Assembly (NCBI RefSeq): GCF_900083515.1
Contig: NZ_LT671858.1
Location: 210,001 to 242,000, forward strand
Origin: Cuniculiplasma divulgatum
Lineage (GTDB): Archaea > Thermoplasmatota > Thermoplasmata > Thermoplasmatales > Thermoplasmataceae
DNA: 32,000 nt
Reading direction: 5' to 3'
Of this stretch, positions 1 to 9,912 are shown one piece after another. The notes below the pieces were generated by a model. That model saw only the letters and a program-made list of their open reading frames with translations. It did no database searches and was not told the DNA's origin. The position numbers were made by a program, and so were the translations under genes. Numbering within the stretch: position 1 is the first letter of the stretch; each line of letters begins with the position of its first letter.

Positions 1-1491
1 GTCATAATTGCAGTTTTGCTTATGATAGGTTTCTTCTTCCTAAACTATTTCGGGATAAAATTCCTAGGAAGGTGGAATGAATATTTTGTTTATTGGAAAC
101 TTGTCATACCAACAATAACATTTATCCTGCTGTTCTTTATGTTTCGTGCAAGCAATTTCACGGCGCTTGCTGGAGGGTTCAACGCAATTGGCACACCATT
201 CATTTTCACTGCTATACCTGGAGCGGGTATAGTCTTCTCATATTTGGGATTCAGACAGGCACTGGATTATGGTGGTGAGGCAAAGAATCCTCAAAGAGAT
301 ATACCAAGGGCATTGATACTTTCAGTAGTGATAGGAATAGTAGTTTATGAAATCCTTCAGTTAGTATACATTGGAGCAATAAGAGTATCAGTAGCTGATC
401 TTACAACGTTCTCATGGTCAGGATTAACGGTTTCATCATATGCATCATCGCCCTTCTATCACGTATTTGAAACAGCTGGTATTGCAGGATTCGGGGCATG
501 GGGCTCAGTATTGCTGGTAGATGCAGTCATATCACCATCTGGAACAGGATGGATCTACCTTGGAACATCCACAAGAACAATTTACGGACTGGCAACTGAC
601 AGGTATTTCCCTCCTAATGTCATGAAAGTCAATAAGAAGAGCGGAGTACCCATGATACCATTGATACTCTCTACAATTATAGGAATTATATTCATAGCTC
701 CCTTCCCGTCATGGTATATTTTAGTAGGGTTCATATCAAGCGCAACAGTCTTCACCTACATAATGGGAGGCGTCAGCCTGAGAGTGCTGAGAAACACCGC
801 AAAAAATGTGCAGAGACCATACAAACTACCTTATAGCAAGGTTCTTTCAATTATTGCCTTCGTTAGTGCAACTTTAATAGTATACTGGTCAGGATATATC
901 ACTTTATCAATATTGATGATGCTGATACTGGGAGGAATACCAATTTACCTGATTTACTATGGAACATATAAGCTTGGAATTTCATTAGGCAAGACAATAA
1001 CAAGTGGAATCATATACTGGATAATAATTGGAATTTCTTTCTATCTGGTATATTATGATATAATAATACCCGCCGTATCGAACATTACTGCATCAACACC
1101 AATAGCTGCTCCAGACTCAGTTTTCTACTACTTCATCGCTGTATATGTAATGATAGTAATATCAACAATTGTTCTGACTTTCCTTATCCATCACTGGGCT
1201 AAGGATGAAAACAAGAAGGAAATAAAATCAGGCTGGTGGTTAATTTATTTCGTGCTTTTCATCTTTGGGTTCTCCTATCTAGGTGCGTTTGGACCCTATG
1301 TTTCGCCTATTGCGGTAGCAGGTCAGTCATTCCCATACGTTCCCCTGCTTTTGTTCCCATACGACACATTCATAGTAATAGTAGTGGCCATAGCGTTCTT
1401 CTTCCTCGCTGTAAGATCTGGATATTCTGAAGACGATGTGCAGTCAATACTCGCAGACCAGGGAGTTCCTCTCAGTACACTGGAAGATTGA
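1..1491 (+). CDS. APC-superfamily amino acid/polyamine permease, 5' end cut by window edge
   Basis: The frame is open from base 1; the TTG at 16 used by the ORF track is an artefact of the edge. The protein is long and polytopic, with about 12 hydrophobic segments and the G/P/Y/F-rich pattern typical of APC permeases. Stop TGA at 1489-1491. Confidence 0.8.
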   Translation, partial: VIIAVLLMIGFFFLNYFGIKFLGRWNEYFVYWKLVIPTITFILLFFMFRASNFTALAGGFNAIGTPFIFTAIPGAGIVFSYLGFRQALDYGGEAKNPQRDIPRALILSVVIGIVVYEILQLVYIGAIRVSVADLTTFSWSGLTVSSYASSPFYHVFETAGIAGFGAWGSVLLVDAVISPSGTGWIYLGTSTRTIYGLATDRYFPPNVMKVNKKSGVPMIPLILSTIIGIIFIAPFPSWYILVGFISSATVFTYIMGGVSLRVLRNTAKNVQRPYKLPYSKVLSIIAFVSATLIVYWSGYITLSILMMLILGGIPIYLIYYGTYKLGISLGKTITSGIIYWIIIGISFYLVYYDIIIPAVSNITASTPIAAPDSVFYYFIAVYVMIVISTIVLTFLIHHWAKDENKKEIKSGWWLIYFVLFIFGFSYLGAFGPYVSPIAVAGQSFPYVPLLLFPYDTFIVIVVAIAFFFLAVRSGYSEDDVQSILADQGVPLSTLED

Positions 1492-1544
1492 AGGGAACAA
1501 TTTTTAACCAACAAATTACCATTTTTTTACATTTTTCAAAATCG

Positions 1545-1551
1545 TTATATA
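1545..1551 (+). promoter_or_regulatory. Candidate TATA box (TTATATA) for the 16S rRNA transcription unit
   Basis: This is the only strong TATA-like heptamer in the 270-nt spacer upstream of the 16S processing stem. Position only, no transcript data. Confidence 0.3.
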
Positions 1552-1700
1552 CTCCGTTACTATACACAGAATTACGCACAAGCCTGAAAATAAAACCAAT
1601 ATAGGCGTATATGGTGAAAGAGAAATATCTCAACGTGATCCATTGATTCATAATTGGTTAAAGATGAAGTTGTGAATTGCTATCACAACCGAGATGAGAT

Positions 1701-1725
1701 AATGGTGCAAATTGTGGCTCGCCAA
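1701..1725 (+). other. 5' strand of pre-16S processing stem containing a bulge-helix-bulge (BHB) motif
   Basis: 1712-1725 pairs with 3244-3257 (14 bp, one G-U). AAA 1709-1711 is bulged. 1705-1708 pairs with 3258-3261 (4 bp). 1701-1704 pairs with 3265-3268. Confidence 0.8.
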
Positions 1726-1762
1726 TTTCCAAATTTAATAATAATTGTACGGCAATTGGATT

Positions 1763-3232
<1,470 letters not shown>

Positions 3233-3243
3233 AAATATATACC

Positions 3244-3268
3244 TTGGCGGGCCACAAGCACACTCATT
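3244..3268 (+). other. 3' strand of pre-16S processing stem / BHB motif
   Basis: Complementary to 1701-1725 as described for the 5' strand. ACT 3262-3264 forms the second 3-nt bulge. Confidence 0.8.
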
Positions 3269-3273
3269 TCAGG

Positions 3274-3287
3274 TTTTTGCGTTTTTT
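3274..3287 (+). terminator. Oligo-T tracts (T5, T6), candidate archaeal terminator of the 16S transcript
   Basis: TTTTTGCGTTTTTT lies immediately after the processing stem. Archaeal RNAP terminates at T-tracts. Confidence 0.4.
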
Positions 3288-3298
3288 ATCAACAAACT

Positions 3299-3308
3299 TT
3301 TTTAATAA
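3299..3308 (+). promoter_or_regulatory. Candidate TATA box for the secE operon
   Basis: TTTTTAATAA lies about 35 nt upstream of the secE ATG (3339). Confidence 0.35.
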
Positions 3309-3338
3309 GTATTCGTTAACTAAACAACAGGGTAATTT

Positions 3339-3551
3339 ATGTCAGTTGAAGAAGATCTCGTGGAAGTACAGAAGAAAATCGAGAGACGATTTTCTGGGAT
3401 AGGGAAAGGCAAGTATGCCAGAATCATAAAGATGGCAAAAAAGCCTGGATCTCAGGAATATGTCAAGGTACTGGCTATTACCGGTGCAGGTATTATCTTT
3501 TTAGGGGCTCTTGGCTTTTTAATTTACTATCTGATGACTATAGCTTTTTGA
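3339..3551 (+). CDS. secE: Protein translocase subunit SecE / Sec61-gamma
   Basis: 70 aa with a basic N-terminal half and a single C-terminal TM helix (VLAITGAGIIFLGALGFLIYYLM). It sits in the conserved position directly upstream of spt5/nusG. Confidence 0.85.
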   Translation: MSVEEDLVEVQKKIERRFSGIGKGKYARIIKMAKKPGSQEYVKVLAITGAGIIFLGALGFLIYYLMTIAF

Positions 3552-3560
3552 GGGTTAAGA

Positions 3561-4442
3561 ATGAGCATACAGGAATATGAATGGATCGAGTGTGAGAGTA
3601 AGGAAATTAATTCTTATTGTGGACAGAAGGTAAATATACCTGTCACCATAAGGAATATTGAGAAGGAAAAAAGGACTTTTAAAATAGAATTATCAATGGA
3701 ATTCATACAAGCTGATTCGTCCATCATTTGGGAAATGGACTTTACAAATAATGATAGAGGAATTCTTCAGTTCAGTCCTGATGGAGATAAGAAATTCGAG
3801 AAGAAGCTTGAGCTTGAGGGACATGCGGTAAGAGAAATGATGTTTACCATTGATTCACCTAAGGGGGGAAGTATAGGTGACAGCGTTACGGTACGCATAA
3901 GGATAGCATCTGAAGATGGAATCCACTCTGCAAATTTCACAGACAGTATCATCCTCAAACCAGTAATAATTGCCGTAAAAACAAATGTTGGCAAGGAACT
4001 TGAGGTTGCCACAAATCTTCTAAATTCCGATGAAAAGGATCTAGAGGAGAGAACTGTTCTTAATCCCACGGCAAAGAGGGAAATAATGGCAATAATGTCT
4101 CCATACGAGTTGAGGGGATACTTTTATTTGGAAACCATGCACCCTGATAGAATACCATATCTTGGAAGGTCAATGAGGAATTTCAAGGGTGTTGTTGAAG
4201 GAGCAATAAATATAGAGGAGATACAGGAACAACTCACTCCAAAGCCTGCGGTTGCAGGTCTTGAACTGGGATCATTCGTTGAACTTGTAAAGGGGCCATT
4301 TAAGGGAGAAAAGGCCAGAATCATGAATATCGACCATGAAAAAGAAGAAGTGACGGTTCAGTTTATAGAGTCTGCTATGCTAATTCCCGTAAAGGTCAAG
4401 GCAGAGGATATTAGGGTAATTGAAAGTGGAAAGAAGCAATGA
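3561..4442 (+). CDS. spt5: Transcription elongation factor Spt5 (NusG) with an unusual ~130-aa N-terminal extension
   Basis: The C-terminal ~160 aa form an NGN domain (PVIIAVKTNVGKELEVA...RGYFYLE) plus a KOW motif (GSFVELVKGPFKGEKARIMNID). A GAGGG Shine-Dalgarno (SD) sequence lies 6 nt before the ATG. The N-terminal 130 aa are continuous in frame, with no internal start codon near the NGN boundary. Confidence 0.85.
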   Translation: MSIQEYEWIECESKEINSYCGQKVNIPVTIRNIEKEKRTFKIELSMEFIQADSSIIWEMDFTNNDRGILQFSPDGDKKFEKKLELEGHAVREMMFTIDSPKGGSIGDSVTVRIRIASEDGIHSANFTDSIILKPVIIAVKTNVGKELEVATNLLNSDEKDLEERTVLNPTAKREIMAIMSPYELRGYFYLETMHPDRIPYLGRSMRNFKGVVEGAINIEEIQEQLTPKPAVAGLELGSFVELVKGPFKGEKARIMNIDHEKEEVTVQFIESAMLIPVKVKAEDIRVIESGKKQ

Positions 4443-5848
4443 GCTATAAACGGGAATCAAGAGAGAGAAACGAAGCAAGGATAAGAAATATTGAGGAAAC
4501 GCTAAAACATCCAAAAACCTTAGTTCCCGACTGTCTTGATAAAGTCATGTTCTGCCCTTTCACCGCATATGAAAAAAAACTTAACGGAGAGGTTGATCTC
4601 CTAAAATTTGCAAAATCTCATGACGAATTTCTCAGGGGGCTGGCTGAAACAAAGAGGGCAATTGATGATGATGAGTTATCATTCTCTGGGCTGCTTAAAA
4701 CACCCCATGGGACTGCCACGTTTTTCAAGAAGGGAGACACTGACCAGTATGTACTCGCTGGCATCCAGAACGAAAAGCATGACGTCTTCAGAATGCTGAG
4801 TTTTTCACGTATAGTATCATCAGGGAAGGCAGTAATATATTCAGCAGGATCATACTACCGGGCAACCTGCAGGAGCACACCACCAGAATCAAAGTTTATT
4901 GAGAACATTTTAAAAGAAGAAAATATCTCATATTCCATAGAAGAAAGTACAGGTCTCTTGGAGGTTGGAACAGGGGATGATTATACTGAATTATACATCT
5001 TTGGTTCACCAATTTTGCTGGCTGGTTCAATGTCAAAAATAAATACTCCTACAAGGATATTCAAATACATACTCTGCAAGGACCCAACGCAGCTAATTTC
5101 ATTCAAAATCTCAAAACTTTCAAGATTTTCAGACAAATCAGAGAGCAGCATTTTTGCGAGCTATATATCTGGAGGAATGACAGATTCAGACTTCTTTCAA
5201 CAGATTGTATCAAGAAGGAGAAACCTTGCAAAATCATCTGGGCTATTCCTTATCGGGACAGAGGCTTTTCCAGACATCAATGCATTTCTATCAAAAATAG
5301 ACATTTCCGAAAGAGAAAAAAAGATCATATCTGAACTATGGCCATCAGGGGAGGGCATATACATTGATGATGCTAGCACCAGAAAACTATACGAAACTGT
5401 CTGGCCAGAAATTGGGGAACAGATAGTTGAACAACTCTATCCTGGAGCCACAGAGAAGCACAAGGAGGTAATGAAAGGAAATCCAGTCGAAATCCTTGAC
5501 AGACTTAACAGGGCTGTAAAGCTAGAAGAGACAGAAGAAAGAATGAAGTTGAAGTCATGGTCGACACCTTCATCACAGCTGGCAGATCTTATAGCAATAG
5601 GCATCACAGAGCAACCAGAATCACTAACAGATTACATATCAAAAATGTCAATGAAGGAGACTGATAGTCAGGCTGTTGCGTATTGCATACAGGAAATTTA
5701 CAAGCTTAACAGGAGCCAGTCATGGAAGATATCTAGTGATGCAGTAGTAAAAGGAAGGATGATAATGGAATATGTAATGAGAATTATAAAAGACCCATGG
5801 AATAACCCTAATGAAACATTTCAGGAGATATCAAAAATAATAAGGTGA
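4439..5848 (+). CDS. Hypothetical protein, 469 aa, no family recognised
   Basis: Long uninterrupted ORF with coding-like composition. Its ATG overlaps the spt5 stop (ATGA at 4439-4442), and the next gene starts 3 nt after its stop. I recognise no catalytic or binding motif. Confidence 0.75.
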   Translation: MSYKRESRERNEARIRNIEETLKHPKTLVPDCLDKVMFCPFTAYEKKLNGEVDLLKFAKSHDEFLRGLAETKRAIDDDELSFSGLLKTPHGTATFFKKGDTDQYVLAGIQNEKHDVFRMLSFSRIVSSGKAVIYSAGSYYRATCRSTPPESKFIENILKEENISYSIEESTGLLEVGTGDDYTELYIFGSPILLAGSMSKINTPTRIFKYILCKDPTQLISFKISKLSRFSDKSESSIFASYISGGMTDSDFFQQIVSRRRNLAKSSGLFLIGTEAFPDINAFLSKIDISEREKKIISELWPSGEGIYIDDASTRKLYETVWPEIGEQIVEQLYPGATEKHKEVMKGNPVEILDRLNRAVKLEETEERMKLKSWSTPSSQLADLIAIGITEQPESLTDYISKMSMKETDSQAVAYCIQEIYKLNRSQSWKISSDAVVKGRMIMEYVMRIIKDPWNNPNETFQEISKIIR

Positions 5849-5851
5849 ATC

Positions 5852-6313
5852 ATGGCACGTCACGTCCTGTCAAAGAAAGATATGAAGATTTTTTTTGAAA
5901 AGTTGAGGGAAAATAATCTTTGGGCTGATTTTTTTTCCAATTCTAACATAGAAGTTGAAGAGCATAAGGGAAAGAAATGCTATTCAATTGGTGGAAGGTT
6001 CATTGCCTACGAAGAGGACAGACTCCTCCCATCAATTGATCTTCTGAATGCAATAAAACCTGAAATTTCGTCTGTGACAGTGGATAATGGTGCAGTGCCA
6101 CACATTCTGAATGGAGCTAAGTTATTTGGTAAGGGAATAACCCAGATAGGTGAAAGCATTAGACCGGGAAGCCTTGTCTACGTAAAGGACCCAACAGGCA
6201 GGTTTATTGCAGTGGGCATAGCAACAAAATCAACAGAGGAGCTAAAGGTATCAAGAGAAGGCCCAGCCGCCGAAATAATCATGTCACCAGCCAAAAACCC
6301 ATGCACCCAGTGA
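5852..6313 (+). CDS. PUA-domain RNA-binding protein (COG2016 / MCT-1-Tma20-like)
   Basis: The C-terminal PUA signature is VTVDNGAVPHILNGAKLFGKGI...GSLVYVKDPTGRFIAVGIA. Size is about 150 aa. An AAGGTGA SD overlaps the upstream stop. Confidence 0.8.
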   Translation: MARHVLSKKDMKIFFEKLRENNLWADFFSNSNIEVEEHKGKKCYSIGGRFIAYEEDRLLPSIDLLNAIKPEISSVTVDNGAVPHILNGAKLFGKGITQIGESIRPGSLVYVKDPTGRFIAVGIATKSTEELKVSREGPAAEIIMSPAKNPCTQ

Positions 6314-6328
6314 AACGGGGTTAGAAAG

Positions 6329-6338
6329 GTATTTATTG
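6329..6338 (+). promoter_or_regulatory. Candidate TATA box for bcp (leaderless-type spacing)
   Basis: GTATTTATTG is centred about 25 nt upstream of the ATG at 6358, and there is no SD. Confidence 0.4.
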
Positions 6339-6357
6339 AAACAATCCTTACTAGATT

Positions 6358-6816
6358 ATGGCAGAATTATTGAAAGTTGGTTCAAAAATACCGGAATTCG
6401 AAACATTAGATCAGCATGGAAAAAGCATTGGAACAAAAGAAATTATGGGAAAGCCTGCAGTTATATATTTCTATCCAAAGGACGATACGCCCGGATGTAC
6501 AGTGGAAGCATGTGAATTCAGGGATAACATTTCACAGTTCAGGGAAAAGGGAGTCAATGTATTTGGAATATCAGTGGATGATCAGAAATCTCACAAGAAG
6601 TTCGAGGAAAAATTCAACCTGAATTTTCCGTTGCTTGTGGACAGCAGTAAGAAAATAAGCGAACAGTTTGGCGTACTTGGTGAAAGGTCTGCAAAAAGAG
6701 TAACGTTCATAGTGGACAGCAAAGGAACGGTAGTTTATGTCTATCCCAAAGTATCACCAAAGGGTCACACTGAAGAGGTAATGAATAAATTAAAAGAATT
6801 AAAATTAGTAAATTAA
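6358..6816 (+). CDS. bcp: Thiol peroxidase, peroxiredoxin Q/BCP family
   Basis: The active-site motif YFYPKDDTPGCTVEAC gives the peroxidatic Cys and a resolving Cys 5 residues later. The sequence has a thioredoxin-fold pattern and is 152 aa long. Confidence 0.9.
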   Translation: MAELLKVGSKIPEFETLDQHGKSIGTKEIMGKPAVIYFYPKDDTPGCTVEACEFRDNISQFREKGVNVFGISVDDQKSHKKFEEKFNLNFPLLVDSSKKISEQFGVLGERSAKRVTFIVDSKGTVVYVYPKVSPKGHTEEVMNKLKELKLVN

Positions 6817-6819
6817 GGA

Positions 6820-7221
6820 TCAGGCAAGTACAAATTTATAGCCGTAATAGATTATTCCACTTTTTCCATCTTCAGCTATTTTCCTGAAAACTTTTCTAAC
6901 CCTTTTCCCTTCCTTTATCTCTGCATTTCCCAAATCTACAAGCTGACCTGTGACCATAGGACCCTCATCCAGTTTGATCAACGCCAGAACATATGGTTTT
7001 TGTCGTGAGAATGCAGGTGGTGCTTCGTGTACTATAGTAAACGAAAATATCTCACCATCACCTGAAAGCTCGTGATCAACCATTTTCCCGATAGAATCTC
7101 TGTGACACACAGGGCAAATGTCCCTTGAGGGAAAATATATCCTACCACAATTTCCACACTTCTTTCCAAGTAATCTATATCTGTTTGGGCTCTCTCTCCA
7201 CATTCTTGACAATTCTCCCAT
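6820..7221 (-). CDS. DUF35 OB-fold / zinc-ribbon protein (scaffold of the archaeal thiolase-HMGCS complex)
   Basis: Zn-ribbon CGNCGRIYFPSRDICPVCH followed by an OB-fold-like C-terminus. Its start codon abuts the thiolase stop with 0-nt spacing. Confidence 0.85.
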   Translation of the reverse strand: MGELSRMWRESPNRYRLLGKKCGNCGRIYFPSRDICPVCHRDSIGKMVDHELSGDGEIFSFTIVHEAPPAFSRQKPYVLALIKLDEGPMVTGQLVDLGNAEIKEGKRVRKVFRKIAEDGKSGIIYYGYKFVLA

Positions 7222-8397
7222 TTATTCCACCCCCAGTATATGAACAACAGATGCAACTCCTGAACCTGCCATGTTATGTATCATAGCAGTTTTTGAATCT
7301 TTGACCTGCCTTTTGTTTGCTTTACCCTTTAATTGCAAATATGCCTCAACTGCCTGGCCAACACCAGTTGCACCATAGGGAAATCCTTTAGCTTTTAAAC
7401 CTCCAGATGGATTAACCGGCAATCTGTCATTAAGAGCTATACCCTCTTCGATCAGACCTTTTGCCTTCCCTTTTTCAGCAAAGCCCAGATCTTCAAGAGC
7501 CATCAACCCGTAAATATTATACGAATCATGGATTTCAACAAAAGACATATCGGAGTTCTTCAGGTTTGCATCCTTAAGTGCCTTTCTTGCCGCCAGCTTG
7601 GTAGGTTCAACTGTGTAGAGGCATTCCCTGCTGTGGAGTGCAAATGGACCCTGAGACATAGCAGATGACAAAATCTTAACACCATCTATGGAATGTTTTT
7701 TGACATATTCTTCAGAAGCAAGTATAATACTTGATGCACCATCACTTAGAGGTGCGCAGTCCATTAGATTGAGAGGTTCAGCAATCAGCGTAGCATTCAG
7801 AGCCTGCTGAATCGTTATCTTATTCCTGAAATGTGCATTCTCATTAAGACTTGCATTTAGATGGTCGTTTACTGACAGTTTTGCAAGAACTTCCTTAGAA
7901 ACGTTAAAATCCTTCAGGTACTTTCTAGCAGAAAGGGCGGCTAGAGCAGCAGGAGTTCCACCTTCAAATGCTTCCCATTCCCTGTCAAGAATGGAGGAGG
8001 TTATGTCAATATTCTCGTTTCCATATAGTTCTGTCATTTTTTCCGCTCCTCCTACCATTACAGTTTCATACTCCCCTGATCTGATTGCCAGATATCCTTC
8101 TCTTATGGCTGCACCTCCGGATGCAGTCGAAGCTTCGATTCTCATCGATGGGATGTATTCCGAAGATACCCCTGCCTGATCTGACATCAGTGCGCTTAAA
8201 TGTTCCTGTCTGCTTATATCTCCTCCAAGGCTATTACTCATATAAATGGCCCCAAGATCTCTTGTTCTAATCCCTGCATCTTCAACAGCCTTTAGCCCCG
8301 CTTCCACTGCAATATCTCTCAGTGATCGATCCCACAATTCTCCGTATTTTGCTTCTCCAGCTCCTATTATGTAAACACCCTTACTCAACGTCTTCAC
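7222..8397 (-). CDS. Acetyl-CoA C-acetyltransferase (archaeal thiolase)
   Basis: Thiolase-like pattern: N-terminal [11 protein letters not shown], an ASTASGGAA region around the active-site position, and a C-terminal [17 protein letters not shown]...HNMAGSG motif. Confidence 0.9.
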   Translation of the reverse strand: MKTLSKGVYIIGAGEAKYGELWDRSLRDIAVEAGLKAVEDAGIRTRDLGAIYMSNSLGGDISRQEHLSALMSDQAGVSSEYIPSMRIEASTASGGAAIREGYLAIRSGEYETVMVGGAEKMTELYGNENIDITSSILDREWEAFEGGTPAALAALSARKYLKDFNVSKEVLAKLSVNDHLNASLNENAHFRNKITIQQALNATLIAEPLNLMDCAPLSDGASSIILASEEYVKKHSIDGVKILSSAMSQGPFALHSRECLYTVEPTKLAARKALKDANLKNSDMSFVEIHDSYNIYGLMALEDLGFAEKGKAKGLIEEGIALNDRLPVNPSGGLKAKGFPYGATGVGQAVEAYLQLKGKANKRQVKDSKTAMIHNMAGSGVASVVHILGVE

Positions 8398-9442
8398 CCA
8401 GTATTAATTTCTTCTTAAATTTGGCATACATTCCATAATCAAGGAATATTGTATCCTCTAGCAACTCCCTTACAGTTACTGCACTACTTTTATGCAGATT
8501 CTCTATTTCCGAATTCACTTCGATGTGAAACGCATCAGAACCTGCCCCTGAACCAAATGATACAGCAAGTATTCTATCGCCATCCTTGGCAACATCAAGT
8601 ATGGCTGAAAGTCCAACCATCATGGCTCCAGAATATGTGTTTCCAATGTAAGGAGTGAGCAAACCCTCCTTATACTGTTTTTCCTCAAATCCCAGCAATT
8701 TCGCCGCCCTGGTAGGGAATTTACCGTTTGGCTGATGAAATACTGCATAATCGTAGTCTTCAGGTTTGGTTTTCATTCTCGCCATCATCTCCTTTCCTGC
8801 AGATACAACATGTTTGAAATAGGCCGGTTCACCTGTAAACCTCTCTCCATGAGTTGGATATGGCTGCCCTTCTCTCCTCCAGAAATCTGGTGTGTCTGAA
8901 GTAACAGAAAGGGTTGATTTAATCTCTGCGGCAACGCTCTCATTCCCTATGATCATGGCTGTTCCCCCAGCTGATGCTGAATATTCTAATACATCACCAG
9001 GTGCTCCCTGAGAGGTATCCGAACCAATAGCCATTCCCATTTTTATCATTCCTGATTGCACCATTGCAAGGACATTTTGCATCCCTGCAGTGCCTGCTTT
9101 GCAGGCGAATTCATAATCTGCTGCAAACATGTCAAAATTTGCTCCTATTGCTGAAGACACAATTGTTGCAGTTGGTTTTACTGCATAGGGATGGCTTTCT
9201 GATCCTATATACATAGCTTCTATCTGTTCTCCCCTGAGACCTCCTCGTTTTAATGCCGTCCTTGCAGCCTCAACAGATATTGTTGCTACATCTTCATCTG
9301 GAGACGGAACAGATTTACTTAGAATGTAAATACCATTCTTTATATTCTCCGGATCTTCACCCCAGATCCTTGCTATTTCATCAGGTTTGATCCTGTATTT
9401 TGGGATATAACTCCCATAACTTACTATTCCGTATTTTCCCAT
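8381..9442 (-). CDS. Hydroxymethylglutaryl-CoA synthase (archaeal type)
   Basis: [15 protein letters not shown]-terminus, an ACKAGTAG active-site Cys region, and FHQPNGKFP and NTYSGA motifs. Its 3' end overlaps the thiolase start by 17 nt. Confidence 0.9.
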   Translation of the reverse strand: MGKYGIVSYGSYIPKYRIKPDEIARIWGEDPENIKNGIYILSKSVPSPDEDVATISVEAARTALKRGGLRGEQIEAMYIGSESHPYAVKPTATIVSSAIGANFDMFAADYEFACKAGTAGMQNVLAMVQSGMIKMGMAIGSDTSQGAPGDVLEYSASAGGTAMIIGNESVAAEIKSTLSVTSDTPDFWRREGQPYPTHGERFTGEPAYFKHVVSAGKEMMARMKTKPEDYDYAVFHQPNGKFPTRAAKLLGFEEKQYKEGLLTPYIGNTYSGAMMVGLSAILDVAKDGDRILAVSFGSGAGSDAFHIEVNSEIENLHKSSAVTVRELLEDTIFLDYGMYAKFKKKLILGEDVE

Positions 9443-9612
9443 ATTTAGGGTTAAAATTTCAAAGATATTTAAAAATTGTTAAATATGGCTTCGACAGATG
9501 ACTAATATAAACTTCATAAGTTAGAAAAAATGAAGATAAAGTCAGTAAACATGAAATCCGACAAGGACACATAATGCAATAAGAATTAGTGAATAATATC
9601 AATAAAAAATAA

Positions 9613-9629
9613 ATAGATATAATATCTAT
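9613..9629. promoter_or_regulatory. Perfect 8-1-8 palindrome ATAGATAT-A-ATATCTAT overlapping the likely TATA box of the wHTH gene
   Basis: All 8 arm positions pair. The centre is 24 nt upstream of the ATG at 9645, where a leaderless-gene TATA box is expected. Confidence 0.4.
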
Positions 9630-9644
9630 CTCAATGGGAACAAA

Positions 9645-9860
9645 ATGGATGAACTATCAGTAAACGCAAAAAAGGTTTACGATGCACTGAAAAAAATAAA
9701 CGCAGTATCAGAAGATAAACTGAAGACTGCTGATGACATAATGAAAGCCTCAAATCTTGGTAAGGCTCTTGTTAATGCTGCTCTTCAAGAATTGCTAAAC
9801 AAATCCTATGTTAAGAGGATTGCAAGACAAAAAAGTGCAGGTTATTACGTAACAAAGTAA
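9645..9860 (+). CDS. Small winged-helix-turn-helix DNA-binding protein (71 aa)
   Basis: The pattern matches a wHTH: helix (AKKVYDAL), helix (TADDIMKASNL), recognition helix (KALVNAALQELLNKSYV), then a basic wing (KRIARQKSAGYYVTK). The specific family is not identified. Confidence 0.6.
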   Translation: MDELSVNAKKVYDALKKINAVSEDKLKTADDIMKASNLGKALVNAALQELLNKSYVKRIARQKSAGYYVTK

Positions 9861-9912
9861 ATTATCTTACACATAAATTTAAGTATATTCTTATACATGC
9901 AGATAAGGGGCA

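Noticed and set aside
1669-1689. Hairpin GTTGTGA-ATTGCTA-TCACAAC in the 16S leader as a possible independent small RNA
   Set aside because: The 7-bp stem lies inside the pre-rRNA leader, just 5' of the processing stem. It is most simply a leader structural element, with no independent promoter or terminator.
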